Below, piece by piece: positions 1 through 8,861 of a stretch of DNA of 39,132 bases; position 1 is the first letter of the stretch; every line of letters begins with the position of its first letter. The DNA is from Savitreella phatthalungensis. Its lineage: Eukaryota. The notes under the pieces were generated by a model. It ran no database searches. It saw nothing but the letters and a program-made list of their open reading frames with translations, and had not been told where the DNA came from. The translations under genes were made by a program, and so were the position numbers. Location: NCBI GenBank assembly GCA_051599415.1, contig AP039705.1:248001-287132 (forward strand), read 5' to 3'.

Positions 1-1
1 C

Positions 2-853
2 CAGTTGTCGAAGCGCACTGCGAGACTCGGCGGACTCTTTTCCGGCTCGAATTCGATCACCTCGCAAGATAGACAATCGCACATTGCTGCAACGAGACAA
101 GTCAGCCTGGTGGTAGCCGAAAGGTCAGAGCCGGTGACGCACTCAGGCTTTGCTCACTTGCGCGCGGATTCTTTGTCTGATCTGCGCCATCTTCGAGGAC
201 AGTCCGACGCGAGCGTTGCAAGCTCGAAAAGCTCCTCGCAGCGGAAACCGCTAGAGACGAGCTCGTTGGCATCGGCGAATGTGGATGACCACGGCGGCAT
301 TGCATTTCCACGTCTATCCGAGGAGCAGACGTCTGAAAGACGACCGAGCATGCACCTTGAAAGGCCATTGCCATCAGACCTACGCCGTGAGAGCAAGGAC
401 GCCCGTTGGACCTCCCGTTTTCGCCGTGCCCAACCCGTAGAGCCCGTGCACTTGGCGGCTGGAAGGCGCTCTGAAGCTGTACTGGTAGATCGATCACCTT
501 ACAGGGGCAAAGGAATTCTTCGTGCGGCGAAGACTGCTCCCGTCATCTGCGACTTCAAGGTCGATTTCAGCAGCGAAGTCGATCTCACACTTGTCTTTGA
601 GGAAAACGCACCCGAGTCGTCCGACGCAGATCAAAAAGAGACGATCGGCAGTGGACGCCTGTCCTTCAATCCTCGTGTGACAATTCACGACACATACGAT
701 TTAGGCGAGTATGACCGTCGAGGAGACGTTGCAACGTGCAATCGTCTGACGCCGCTGCTTGCGCAGCAAATCAAGGAGGAACTTAACAGCTACAAGATGG
801 ATGAGATGGAGGTCGCTGAGGAAAGTCGCATCTACACTCAGTTCTTTTCATAG
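2..853 (+). CDS. BNI4: Bni4-like PP1-targeting / bud-neck protein, C-terminal part (5'-truncated by window edge)
   Basis: The frame is open to the window start. The C-terminus LSFNPRVTIHDTYDLGEYDRRGDVATCNRLTPLLAQQIKEELNSYKMDEMEVAEESRIYTQFF matches the conserved fungal Bni4/Phactr-type PP1-binding tail. Confidence 0.8.
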   Translation, partial: QLSKRTARLGGLFSGSNSITSQDRQSHIAATRQVSLVVAERSEPVTHSGFAHLRADSLSDLRHLRGQSDASVASSKSSSQRKPLETSSLASANVDDHGGIAFPRLSEEQTSERRPSMHLERPLPSDLRRESKDARWTSRFRRAQPVEPVHLAAGRRSEAVLVDRSPYRGKGILRAAKTAPVICDFKVDFSSEVDLTLVFEENAPESSDADQKETIGSGRLSFNPRVTIHDTYDLGEYDRRGDVATCNRLTPLLAQQIKEELNSYKMDEMEVAEESRIYTQFFS

Positions 854-1046
854 GAACAACTTAATGATCTAGCTCAATGAATGATTTGGCATTTGGGGTC
901 CTGCTGCTTGTAGACGGGTGTCATATGTACATATACTAGCAGTCTGTATTGTTTATTCCGTATACTGTATGTAAATTTATAAAGTTTGTGTATGCGGCCA
1001 GTCAATGTCGTGAGGTCATACTGTATCTGAATTGAGTTGGCATTTG

Positions 1047-1081
1047 ACGCGTTCTTTCAAATATATTGCATTTCGACGCGT
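1047..1081. promoter_or_regulatory. Paired MCB (MluI cell-cycle box) elements
   Basis: ACGCGT at 1047-1052 and 1076-1081, immediately upstream of the Ams2-like ATG (1108). Confidence 0.6.
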
Positions 1082-1107
1082 CCGGTATTAGACAGTACGA
1101 CACGAGC

Positions 1108-2739
1108 ATGGCTTCGGTGAATTGCCCGCTCAAGGTCTACTATACCATCGGTGAGCTTCGATTTGTCGCACGCGGCGGGCAAGTCAAGGTGACGCGTCTA
1201 CCATCTTCCAGAGAGCTCGCTTCTGTTGATCTGCGTCCCTGCGTATGTGCCGTCGTCAACGCATCCCCCGAACTCGTGAACAACAAAGCAAGCGACTTTT
1301 CTGTCTACACGGCTGACGCAACGGAAGTACACGACGGAGAGCTTTATGAAGGGCAGGGTCTTCTGTCATGGAATCTGGCTCAACCAACGCGTGGACCGCG
1401 TATCGTCTCGGGCCATTTGAAGCCAGGCCTCTCCGGGATGGTGTTCGAGGTGCGGATGAAGCTGACTCGAGTCGACAATGCGTCGCAGACAGATTTTGCG
1501 CTCAATATGGCATTGTTTGAACGCGTCGCCAGACAATTGCCAGCTTCGTTTGATTTCACAAAGTGGGCCGAAGTATGCCGGTCGACACACGCACTCCTGT
1601 TGACTCGAGGCACGACTGACAATACGGTGCCGACGGCAATAACGACCCTCCACAAAGTGCGTGAGCTTGTGGATAAGGGTGCTCAACAAGTCGATTCCCC
1701 GCCGCAGATGAAGACGTTTGCTCCGCCTCCAGCTGGAGATATCCCACGAGGGATGAAACGCAAATTAGCAGCGACGGATTCTGCTCGGTCGTTCGCGCCC
1801 ATTGCATCAGTCGCTGGCGCTCAGGCGGCAGCGATGAGGAAGGGGCTAAAGATGGTCGACGCGGGAGGTGCTCGTTACTGTGGAAACTGTCGAGCTCCCC
1901 AGGCTCGTGGGAAATGGCGGATGGTGTCGGTCGCAGGTATACAGACAGCGCTGTGCGCAGCTTGCAGTGGATATTTCAAACACAACGGTAAAATGCGGCC
2001 AGAAGCCTTGTGGAAGATCCCGACGCTTGCGATCGCTGCAAAGAGACAGGAACTAGATCGATCGATCACTCCGCCTATCCGTCCGAACACGGCCATGTCT
2101 CTATCAGAGGCTGTTATCGCCGCACAGACCTCTCCGGTAAGACAGGTAGACACGAGCGCCACGCCTCGGACGACTATGCGGCAGGCACAGTCTTCTCCTC
2201 CTGGCCCGTCTACTGGTCGACATGTCTGCACACCGGAACGCGTTCTCACGGAGATCTCAGCCAACACCCCCGTGGCCATAGCGGACTTGTGCATCGAAGA
2301 TCTTGTCGGCTTCCTGCAGACACCGAAAAAGGTTCTCGAGGACAAACGTGGTGTCTCGTCCAGTCCCTGGAGGAGTATGTTTACAACTATCAACGAGGAT
2401 TCGCCATCTCGGTTGAAGCTTGACAAGTATCTGGCAGAGCTTGGCATGACAGCAACAGGGTCCAGCCTGACAGGCTCTCCAGGTGGCCGGTTTGACGGTC
2501 AACGCTTTGAGTTCGAGAACGGCTCGATCGGCAACGAGCTTTTCGGATCGCCCTCGAAACTCGACCTTTCGCTCTTCATGCCCTCTTCACCCCCAGGCAT
2601 GGGCCTATTCACCTCAGATTCAGTCAATGACGAGAACATGACGCCCCAGGGAGAGCCGCCGGCGTCAGAGGATAACCTTTTCACACCAAGAAAGACCGGT
2701 CCAGGCGGTGTCTGTCCGATTTCTCGTATCATTCCCTAA
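1108..2739 (+). CDS. ams2: Ams2/Spt21-like GATA-type transcription factor
   Basis: First ATG is at 1108. The N-terminal KVYYTI...VDLRPCVCAVVNASPELV...DFSVYTAD...GQGLLSW block is typical of the Ams2/SPT21 N-domain. There is an atypical GATA finger CGNC-x21-CAAC followed by KHNGKMRPEALW, and a C-terminus rich in SP/TP sites. Confidence 0.8.
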   Translation: MASVNCPLKVYYTIGELRFVARGGQVKVTRLPSSRELASVDLRPCVCAVVNASPELVNNKASDFSVYTADATEVHDGELYEGQGLLSWNLAQPTRGPRIVSGHLKPGLSGMVFEVRMKLTRVDNASQTDFALNMALFERVARQLPASFDFTKWAEVCRSTHALLLTRGTTDNTVPTAITTLHKVRELVDKGAQQVDSPPQMKTFAPPPAGDIPRGMKRKLAATDSARSFAPIASVAGAQAAAMRKGLKMVDAGGARYCGNCRAPQARGKWRMVSVAGIQTALCAACSGYFKHNGKMRPEALWKIPTLAIAAKRQELDRSITPPIRPNTAMSLSEAVIAAQTSPVRQVDTSATPRTTMRQAQSSPPGPSTGRHVCTPERVLTEISANTPVAIADLCIEDLVGFLQTPKKVLEDKRGVSSSPWRSMFTTINEDSPSRLKLDKYLAELGMTATGSSLTGSPGGRFDGQRFEFENGSIGNELFGSPSKLDLSLFMPSSPPGMGLFTSDSVNDENMTPQGEPPASEDNLFTPRKTGPGGVCPISRIIP

Positions 2740-2814
2740 CTATACAGAAGTTTTTGTGACGTCAGGCATGGCTATAATTATCATCGTTCGGGTTTAGTGA
2801 TCGATCGTGCTGCT

Positions 2815-4047
2815 ATGCCGCCGCACACGCTTTCGGACGTCCTGCTGGATGTTCCAAGCCGCGCGGGAACCATATCGATGGCGACAGGGATTATTGCCAT
2901 CTCCCTGCACAATCTGCCCCTACACTTTCCTGCGCAAGGTGTCCTGTCAACAACTTTCTTTGTCGCCGATGTTATCATCTTTTTCTTCCTCTTCGGTCTT
3001 TACCTGCTCAAGATATTCCTGCGCCCACACAACACATGGAAGCTATGGACGACATGTCCGGACGAGCTTTTTTGCTTACCGAGTTTCGGCATCGCTTTCT
3101 CCGCCATCACTACGCTAACTGGGCTGATCCCTGACACGGCGGCTTCGGCAAGCTGGCGATGGGGAACTCTGGCATATGTGATGTTCTGGATCAGCGTCGC
3201 CGAGAATCTGCTGCTCATCACCATGGTCTGCACTTTCCTCGGCACCTTTGGTCTAGTTCGTGGGCGTTTCAGCACGGCCTTTGACACAAGTTTCCTCCTC
3301 GTCGCGGTCAGCCCGTTGACAACGGCAGTCGCTGGCGCTACTATCGCCTCCAGGTCGATGCATTTATCTGGGCGGCAAAATGTGCCAATCATCGTCGTCT
3401 CCTACTTTTTGACCGGTCTCGGACTCTGGCTCTGTATCGTTGCTTCCACTTTGAGTATTTATCGGATCTTTGCCCATCCCTCACCCCCACGGGAGAAGCT
3501 ACCGGGAACGTTTCTTCTACTCGGGCCCCTTGGACAAGGGTCCGCTGCGCTCTTCACGCTAGCAGGAGGGTTGCAGAAGAACTTTGCCACCTTTGATAAT
3601 GGCAGCGCAGCAGGGCAGTGGCTTGACCCAGCGGCCAGCAAAGTGATCGCTCTCAGCTCTGACACGATCGGCATACTCCTTTACGGCATGGCTTTCTGGA
3701 TCCTCTTTTTTGTCGCTGCCTATTTGGTCTTCCAGGCCGCTGTACGAGTAAATCGCGACGGAACTGCAGAACCAAGCCTTGCAGTCCCGAGAAATCAAGG
3801 AGTTCTGCGAGGCGCACGTGGGTTCCCCTACAGTCTTGCATGGTGGTCTATCATCTTTCCAATTGGCACATTCGCCACTGCCACTGATATGCTTGCCTCG
3901 GAGAAGATCGGTGGCATCGTGCTGGCGACATGGGCAGCCATCTTGCTGATTATTATGGTAATCTTGTGGTTCGTGAACTTATTCATGTCTATCAAGCTCG
4001 CGTGGGAGGCAATGACGGCCATTGGTAGTAATGACAAGGCTACTTAG
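2815..4047 (+). CDS. TDT/SLAC1-family transporter (Mae1 malate / Ssu1 sulfite type)
   Basis: About 10 hydrophobic helices, with motifs MATG, FLLLGPLGQG and YSLAWWSIIFPIGTFA. ATG at 2815; the ORF track starts at an upstream GTG. Confidence 0.85.
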   Translation: MPPHTLSDVLLDVPSRAGTISMATGIIAISLHNLPLHFPAQGVLSTTFFVADVIIFFFLFGLYLLKIFLRPHNTWKLWTTCPDELFCLPSFGIAFSAITTLTGLIPDTAASASWRWGTLAYVMFWISVAENLLLITMVCTFLGTFGLVRGRFSTAFDTSFLLVAVSPLTTAVAGATIASRSMHLSGRQNVPIIVVSYFLTGLGLWLCIVASTLSIYRIFAHPSPPREKLPGTFLLLGPLGQGSAALFTLAGGLQKNFATFDNGSAAGQWLDPAASKVIALSSDTIGILLYGMAFWILFFVAAYLVFQAAVRVNRDGTAEPSLAVPRNQGVLRGARGFPYSLAWWSIIFPIGTFATATDMLASEKIGGIVLATWAAILLIIMVILWFVNLFMSIKLAWEAMTAIGSNDKAT

Positions 4048-5113
4048 GATTCTTGTGAGGCAACAAAGCCTTGAGAAATCGCCGAGCGCCCAAATGCACC
4101 TCCTGCGGTCGAGGAGGCAGTCCGACTGGACTATCGGCGCGACTGCGCGGATAGTGCAGCCGAAGATTGTTGACATTTAAGTCCGACAAGTCCGAAGAAG
4201 TTGTCTCAGTGACCGACGGTGCTCGCCCGGAATCCACAGAGAATCTGGACAGAATTGTATTTGGCGCGTGCCTGCTCATATTCGCCTTGGAAACCACACG
4301 ATAATCCAACTCGGCCTCTGTAGCACGCTCAAATCGGATTGGCAACGAGAATTTCTTCTGCTGCGTCTCAGCTGAGCTTCTCGACATGAAAGACCGCCGC
4401 GGAGTAGCGAATGCATATTTTGAGGGAATGACTGTGCCGTCTTTCGAATAATGCGAGGAGGCGGCCAAAAGTGGACGGAGTTTCAACAGACTTGTGACCC
4501 GCACAGGTGGCGAGTTCCTGATCTTAGTCGCGTTACCGAACCTCTCTGAACTGGGCTCCTGTAATGAAGCCTGATCATCGGGAAGGTCAAAGGTCTCCGA
4601 CTCTCTAGTGGCCGATTTGCGCCGCCACAACACGAAAGTCGCCATACATAGAACGCCTATGAGGAAGATAGAACAAGTGGTGATCGCTGCAATAATGCCG
4701 GAGCTTGGCTTTCTGGACTTGTGCGATACATGATCCAATGGAAATGGTGCTGGAGTTGAAGCCGCGCGATCCTGACTCGCGCTTTTCTGCAATGCCATGC
4801 TCACATGACTAGTGTCAGTTTTCGGAAATGTCCAGGATGTAAGATCAGGCAGGCCTATTGTCAAGTGTGCCTCGAGAGAGGATGTCGCCGTCGGCAGAAC
4901 GAGGGTCAAAGGATCCAGGATGCTCGCAAAGACAGCTTGTGTCTGGCTCGGCTTTGTAGCAAGTGAGTTGGATACTGTTCTGCCGACAGTTGTCTTAGCA
5001 AGACCCTGACTCGCGTTAGAGGAGTAGCGTGCAGTCGACGAGAGCGCTGCAGACGGCTCACTGGTTGACGTGGCAAGCTGTAAGGCTGGGATCGTGATAA
5101 CGAGTGGTAACAT
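4040..5113 (-). CDS. Type I single-pass membrane protein with signal peptide and Ser/Thr-rich ectodomain (Mid2/Wsc-like architecture)
   Basis: Hydrophobic N-terminus, S/T-rich region, and a TM helix GIIAAITTCSIFLIGVLCMATFVLW followed by RRK. Its stop overlaps the convergent transporter stop by 8 bp. Confidence 0.7.
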   Translation of the reverse strand: MLPLVITIPALQLATSTSEPSAALSSTARYSSNASQGLAKTTVGRTVSNSLATKPSQTQAVFASILDPLTLVLPTATSSLEAHLTIGLPDLTSWTFPKTDTSHVSMALQKSASQDRAASTPAPFPLDHVSHKSRKPSSGIIAAITTCSIFLIGVLCMATFVLWRRKSATRESETFDLPDDQASLQEPSSERFGNATKIRNSPPVRVTSLLKLRPLLAASSHYSKDGTVIPSKYAFATPRRSFMSRSSAETQQKKFSLPIRFERATEAELDYRVVSKANMSRHAPNTILSRFSVDSGRAPSVTETTSSDLSDLNVNNLRLHYPRSRADSPVGLPPRPQEVHLGARRFLKALLPHKNPK

Positions 5114-5208
5114 GGCTCACAACTCAGGAGGATCAGGAATACTGCGTGATTATACATCTTGTGCACAGACTCCTTGAACAATATGCATTCGTCTCAGAAA
5201 GACTGATC

Positions 5209-5727
5209 TTACAGCCCGAACTCCCGGGCTTTTGTTAGTGCGTCCAGCCGGTTTCCATCCACGCGCATACCCACCCACTCGTCCATGCGTTCTGCTTGAA
5301 TAGCTTCGCTGGTGTACACATCGATAGCCTTCGAATTCCATTTAAGTACGCTCCACTCGAGGCGCATGCCCCCAATACGCTTGCATTCCTGCGCCAAGGC
5401 TCGTATCAATGATGTGCCGATCTTGTGATGGCGATATTCCGGCACGACGTATAAATCTTCAAGATAAAGACCTGGAGCGCCGTTCCAGGTGGAATAGTTG
5501 TAGAAGTAAATGGCCATCCCCAACAGCTCTCCGGCAATTGATGTCGACTCTGCAACGAGTCCATGAGCATACGCAGTCGAGCCATTTACGAAGCCCAACG
5601 TGCTCAAAAGCTTGTCCTCGGTGGCAGTGACAGCATCAGGTTCTTGTTCGAACAAAGCAAGGTCTTTGATGAATTGCAAGATTTGCGGCACATCCGCAGC
5701 GGTGCAAGGTCGAATGTTGAATTTCAT
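5209..5727 (-). CDS. GNAT acetyltransferase, diamine/SSAT (Ats1-like) type
   Basis: Motifs IRPCTAADVPQILQFIKDLALFE, YFYNYSTWNGAPGLYLEDLYVVPEYR..IG and RLEWSVLKWN..AI..Y. Confidence 0.9.
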   Translation of the reverse strand: MKFNIRPCTAADVPQILQFIKDLALFEQEPDAVTATEDKLLSTLGFVNGSTAYAHGLVAESTSIAGELLGMAIYFYNYSTWNGAPGLYLEDLYVVPEYRHHKIGTSLIRALAQECKRIGGMRLEWSVLKWNSKAIDVYTSEAIQAERMDEWVGMRVDGNRLDALTKAREFGL

Positions 5728-5828
5728 GCTCCTGAGTCGTCTTTGTCAAGTGTCCGTGTCTCCTGGTGGTTTCTTACTGTCATGCTTCGTCTAAATCTAA
5801 ATTACATATGCAGCAATTCGTCGTTATG

Positions 5829-7268
5829 TCATGCACAGCCGAAGCGCTCCAAGACAGCATGAACGTCACCAATTTTATCAGCAGTCGGCCCGGCAGAAAC
5901 AATCGCAGGCCTACCGCCCTCCATGACCACCTTTTCAGCAGTGGCGCGCAGATCATGCAGCGTCAGGCTGTCGATGTGATGACACATCTCCTCTGCCGCA
6001 ATCCGCTTGCCTAGGGCTTGAACCTGACGCCCGAGATCTTCGAGTACAACCATCTTGGACTCCAAGTTCATAAGTAGACTCGAGCGCAACTGATTCTTCG
6101 CCCTTTGTGCCTCCTGCAGGGTGATTCCACGAGTTCCCGTATCGACAAGCGCCGAAAGCTCGCGAGCGATTACACCAGACAGCGCGTAGGCCGCGTCCGC
6201 TCGGCAGCTTGCTGCGATGCCAAATATGCCACTGTCGGAATAGGTGTGATTAAAAGCCTGGCACGATTCAATCCAGCCGTACTGATTGAGCACATTTGTG
6301 TAAAGCCGAGAATACATCCCCTTGCCGGGACCACCGGCTGAGAAACTGCCACCTCCACCCAGCAGCATCTGCAAAGTTGCTAGACTGTATATTTGCGGCG
6401 ATTTCAACGAAGGAGCTTCGTAAGCAATATGTAGATGTGTCCAAGGGTCGGATAAAGCGTCCCTTGGTAAGATGATCGAGCCACCGGTATACCTAGCTGT
6501 ACCCGCAAGTGCTTTCTCCGCTTGGCAAGCCCAGCCAGCGAACAGACGATCTGCAATCTCGAGTGCTTGCACGTGGGGTACGCCCACGAAAGCAACCACG
6601 GATCGCTCTGGTCGGAAGAACTCACGTCTGTAAGCCTTGACAACATCGGCACTGATATGTGGGAGCCGATCTTCCGGACAGAGAAGTGAATTGCCCAGCG
6701 TATTGTCGCGATACGCCGCCGCGTGGATAAGCTCAGGCAGAATCATTTCTGGCTTCTGCCAGATCTCGTCGATCTCGTATTCCGCTGTCGCCAATTGCGC
6801 CTCGACCTCGTCCTGCAGAACGAGCGGATTCAGAACAGTATCCGCCAACAGCTCGGTGACCGCTTCGATATCTTTATTGAACACGCTAGCGGTGTACATG
6901 ATACTTTCACGCGAGCTCGAGCACATATGCGTGCCACCGAGTGATTCAAGTGCCGTGATCATGTCGTCCTGCGACCGACTCTTCGTCGATTTGAATGCCA
7001 ATCGATCGACGATATGGGAGACACCTCTCAGCGCTTGAGAGTGCTCATAGCGAGACCCAGCCTCAATAAATATACCGACAGCTGAGAAATGGCCCGGAGT
7101 GGGATCCGTAGCAACTCGTACGCCGTTTCTCAGCGTTGTCAAGACCGTCGAATGTTGTCCGCGGCCGGCAGGAGAAGGACCATGCGCCAAAGAAGGCTCA
7201 GCATTCGTAACAGTGCTCGCCAGGCGGCGTAATTGCCGCTGCACTGTTTTTCCAGCTATCCGCGACAT
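5829..7268 (-). CDS. MAS2: Mitochondrial processing peptidase alpha subunit
   Basis: M16 peptidase fold with GVSHIVDRLAFKST, the glycine-rich loop LLGGGGSFSAGGPGKGMYSRLYTNVLN, and RAKNQLRSSLLMNLES. An Arg-rich presequence starts at ATG 7268. Confidence 0.95.
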   Translation of the reverse strand: MSRIAGKTVQRQLRRLASTVTNAEPSLAHGPSPAGRGQHSTVLTTLRNGVRVATDPTPGHFSAVGIFIEAGSRYEHSQALRGVSHIVDRLAFKSTKSRSQDDMITALESLGGTHMCSSSRESIMYTASVFNKDIEAVTELLADTVLNPLVLQDEVEAQLATAEYEIDEIWQKPEMILPELIHAAAYRDNTLGNSLLCPEDRLPHISADVVKAYRREFFRPERSVVAFVGVPHVQALEIADRLFAGWACQAEKALAGTARYTGGSIILPRDALSDPWTHLHIAYEAPSLKSPQIYSLATLQMLLGGGGSFSAGGPGKGMYSRLYTNVLNQYGWIESCQAFNHTYSDSGIFGIAASCRADAAYALSGVIARELSALVDTGTRGITLQEAQRAKNQLRSSLLMNLESKMVVLEDLGRQVQALGKRIAAEEMCHHIDSLTLHDLRATAEKVVMEGGRPAIVSAGPTADKIGDVHAVLERFGCA

Positions 7269-8094
7269 GAGGCTCGACAACAGCGTTTGCGGCCCGTGAT
7301 ACTTTTATCGAATTCGGCTATTTATGGGTGCGCGGGTGTCATACGAGAAAATGCTACGGCAGTGTTTCAGGTCTGTCAATGCAACCGGCCACGGGACTGA
7401 CCGGCAGTCGTGAACTGACCACGATCGGCAAGTCTGCAACAGGGGCTCGTCTTGTCAACGCCCCACAACGACTGCTTCTCGGTTACTTACGTTTCATGTT
7501 CACGTATCCAGCTTTGTGGACATCAAAGTGAGCTGAGTATATCGTATTGTTTCCTCATTGTAGACAGCCTTCGTCGTGGGTCGTTGTCAAGGGCGAACAC
7601 AGACAACTAGTGCTGACACTGTCAGAACTGGGGTAAACCTGGACGAAACACCTCATAATTGGATCAGCATCAATCTGGTCACCATTGACGCGCCGGGTCA
7701 TGCCAGGCACTCAGGTAATACATGCTGAGCATCACTTCCTGCTGCAGCTAGCGCATGCCAATGTGTCTGCTTGACTGGCGTGTATGTCCTTGCGTGAACG
7801 AGAGGTATCGAGGTCGTCTGTCGCAGGCAACAATCCTTCCCAGATCCATCGACTTTGCAAATTCCAGTTAGACCGCAGCCAGTGCATCAATTGATGCCTT
7901 TAACGCTGCGCCGGAATAGAATGGATCTTGCAAGATCCGTTATAAAAGATTGAGGTAAAAATGCTTCGATCGCGAATCCAATCAATCGTGTTGCCATTGC
8001 GAGCCACACGCGCATCAGCCCCGGATCTTTCCTCGCGACCTGAACTCTGTAGACGTATAGATGACAAGGAAGACACGCATATAATCGTCCTGAT

Positions 8095-8757
8095 ATGTCA
8101 CCTGAACACGGCTATATAAGCCATGCGGCGAGACTATGCAACACGGCAGCCGGCGCTGATCGTGTCTTCATGACAGCTCAGTACACTATCACTTTGATCC
8201 TTCCTGCATTAGCACCCAAGCTGCCTGTTCGAGGGCATCGCAATCTCAGCCTCTATTTACGCTTGAAAAGGCTCAGAGACCTTCTTTCTGACTACCGCAT
8301 ACTTGCTCGCCTCGTTGGTTATCCGGCAATCCATACATGGGGGATCGACACGGCTCGCAAGGCACACAGAGGAAAGAATCAGTGGATTGAAGATGCGCAA
8401 GTAGTTGTGAACACGCTTTACCAGCCACTAGAGAACCTGGCTTATCTTTCTTCGCACGACATAATACCTCTGCCAAAGTCATTGGAAAACCAATTCTGGC
8501 TCTGGAGCTGTAGATGTTGGGCTGCGCACGTCGCACTTGAGCTTTACCGTTTAACGATAGAGCGAGATGAGCACGACAAAGATGAGGTTACACGGCATGA
8601 CTGGCGTCGAGAACTGCTCATCAATCTAGCGTATGCGCCCCTAACAGTCCACTGGTCCGTCGATGGCGGCATTGGCCTCGACGAATTCAAGGTTGGGCTG
8701 TTAGGCACGATTGCTGGCATCGCGTCGCTTGCGAAAGCCTGGCAATCCTCTGCTTAA
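8095..8757 (+). CDS. Peroxisomal biogenesis factor 11 family (Pex11C-like)
   Basis: Motifs GADRVFMTAQY, LSDYRILARLVG, YQPLENLAYL, WSCRCWAAHV and NLAYAPLTVHWS; 220 aa. Confidence 0.75.
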   Translation: MSPEHGYISHAARLCNTAAGADRVFMTAQYTITLILPALAPKLPVRGHRNLSLYLRLKRLRDLLSDYRILARLVGYPAIHTWGIDTARKAHRGKNQWIEDAQVVVNTLYQPLENLAYLSSHDIIPLPKSLENQFWLWSCRCWAAHVALELYRLTIERDEHDKDEVTRHDWRRELLINLAYAPLTVHWSVDGGIGLDEFKVGLLGTIAGIASLAKAWQSSA

Positions 8758-8861
8758 ATTATTCTGTTTCCGTCACTCATTTTTGCTTATCATGCTTGGC
8801 TAAGTCTTCTGTCCGTAATGGTGATCATCTTCGTAATGATGATCATCTTTATGTCACATTT

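Noticed and set aside
7627..7725. Peptide ETP...VTIDAPGH resembling the EF-1alpha G3 motif
   Set aside because: Flanking residues do not match and the frame closes quickly; likely coincidence.
8814..8849. 18-bp tandem duplication cgtaatgRtgatcatctt x2
   Set aside because: Only two copies in a 3' UTR gap; ordinary slippage with no evidence of function.
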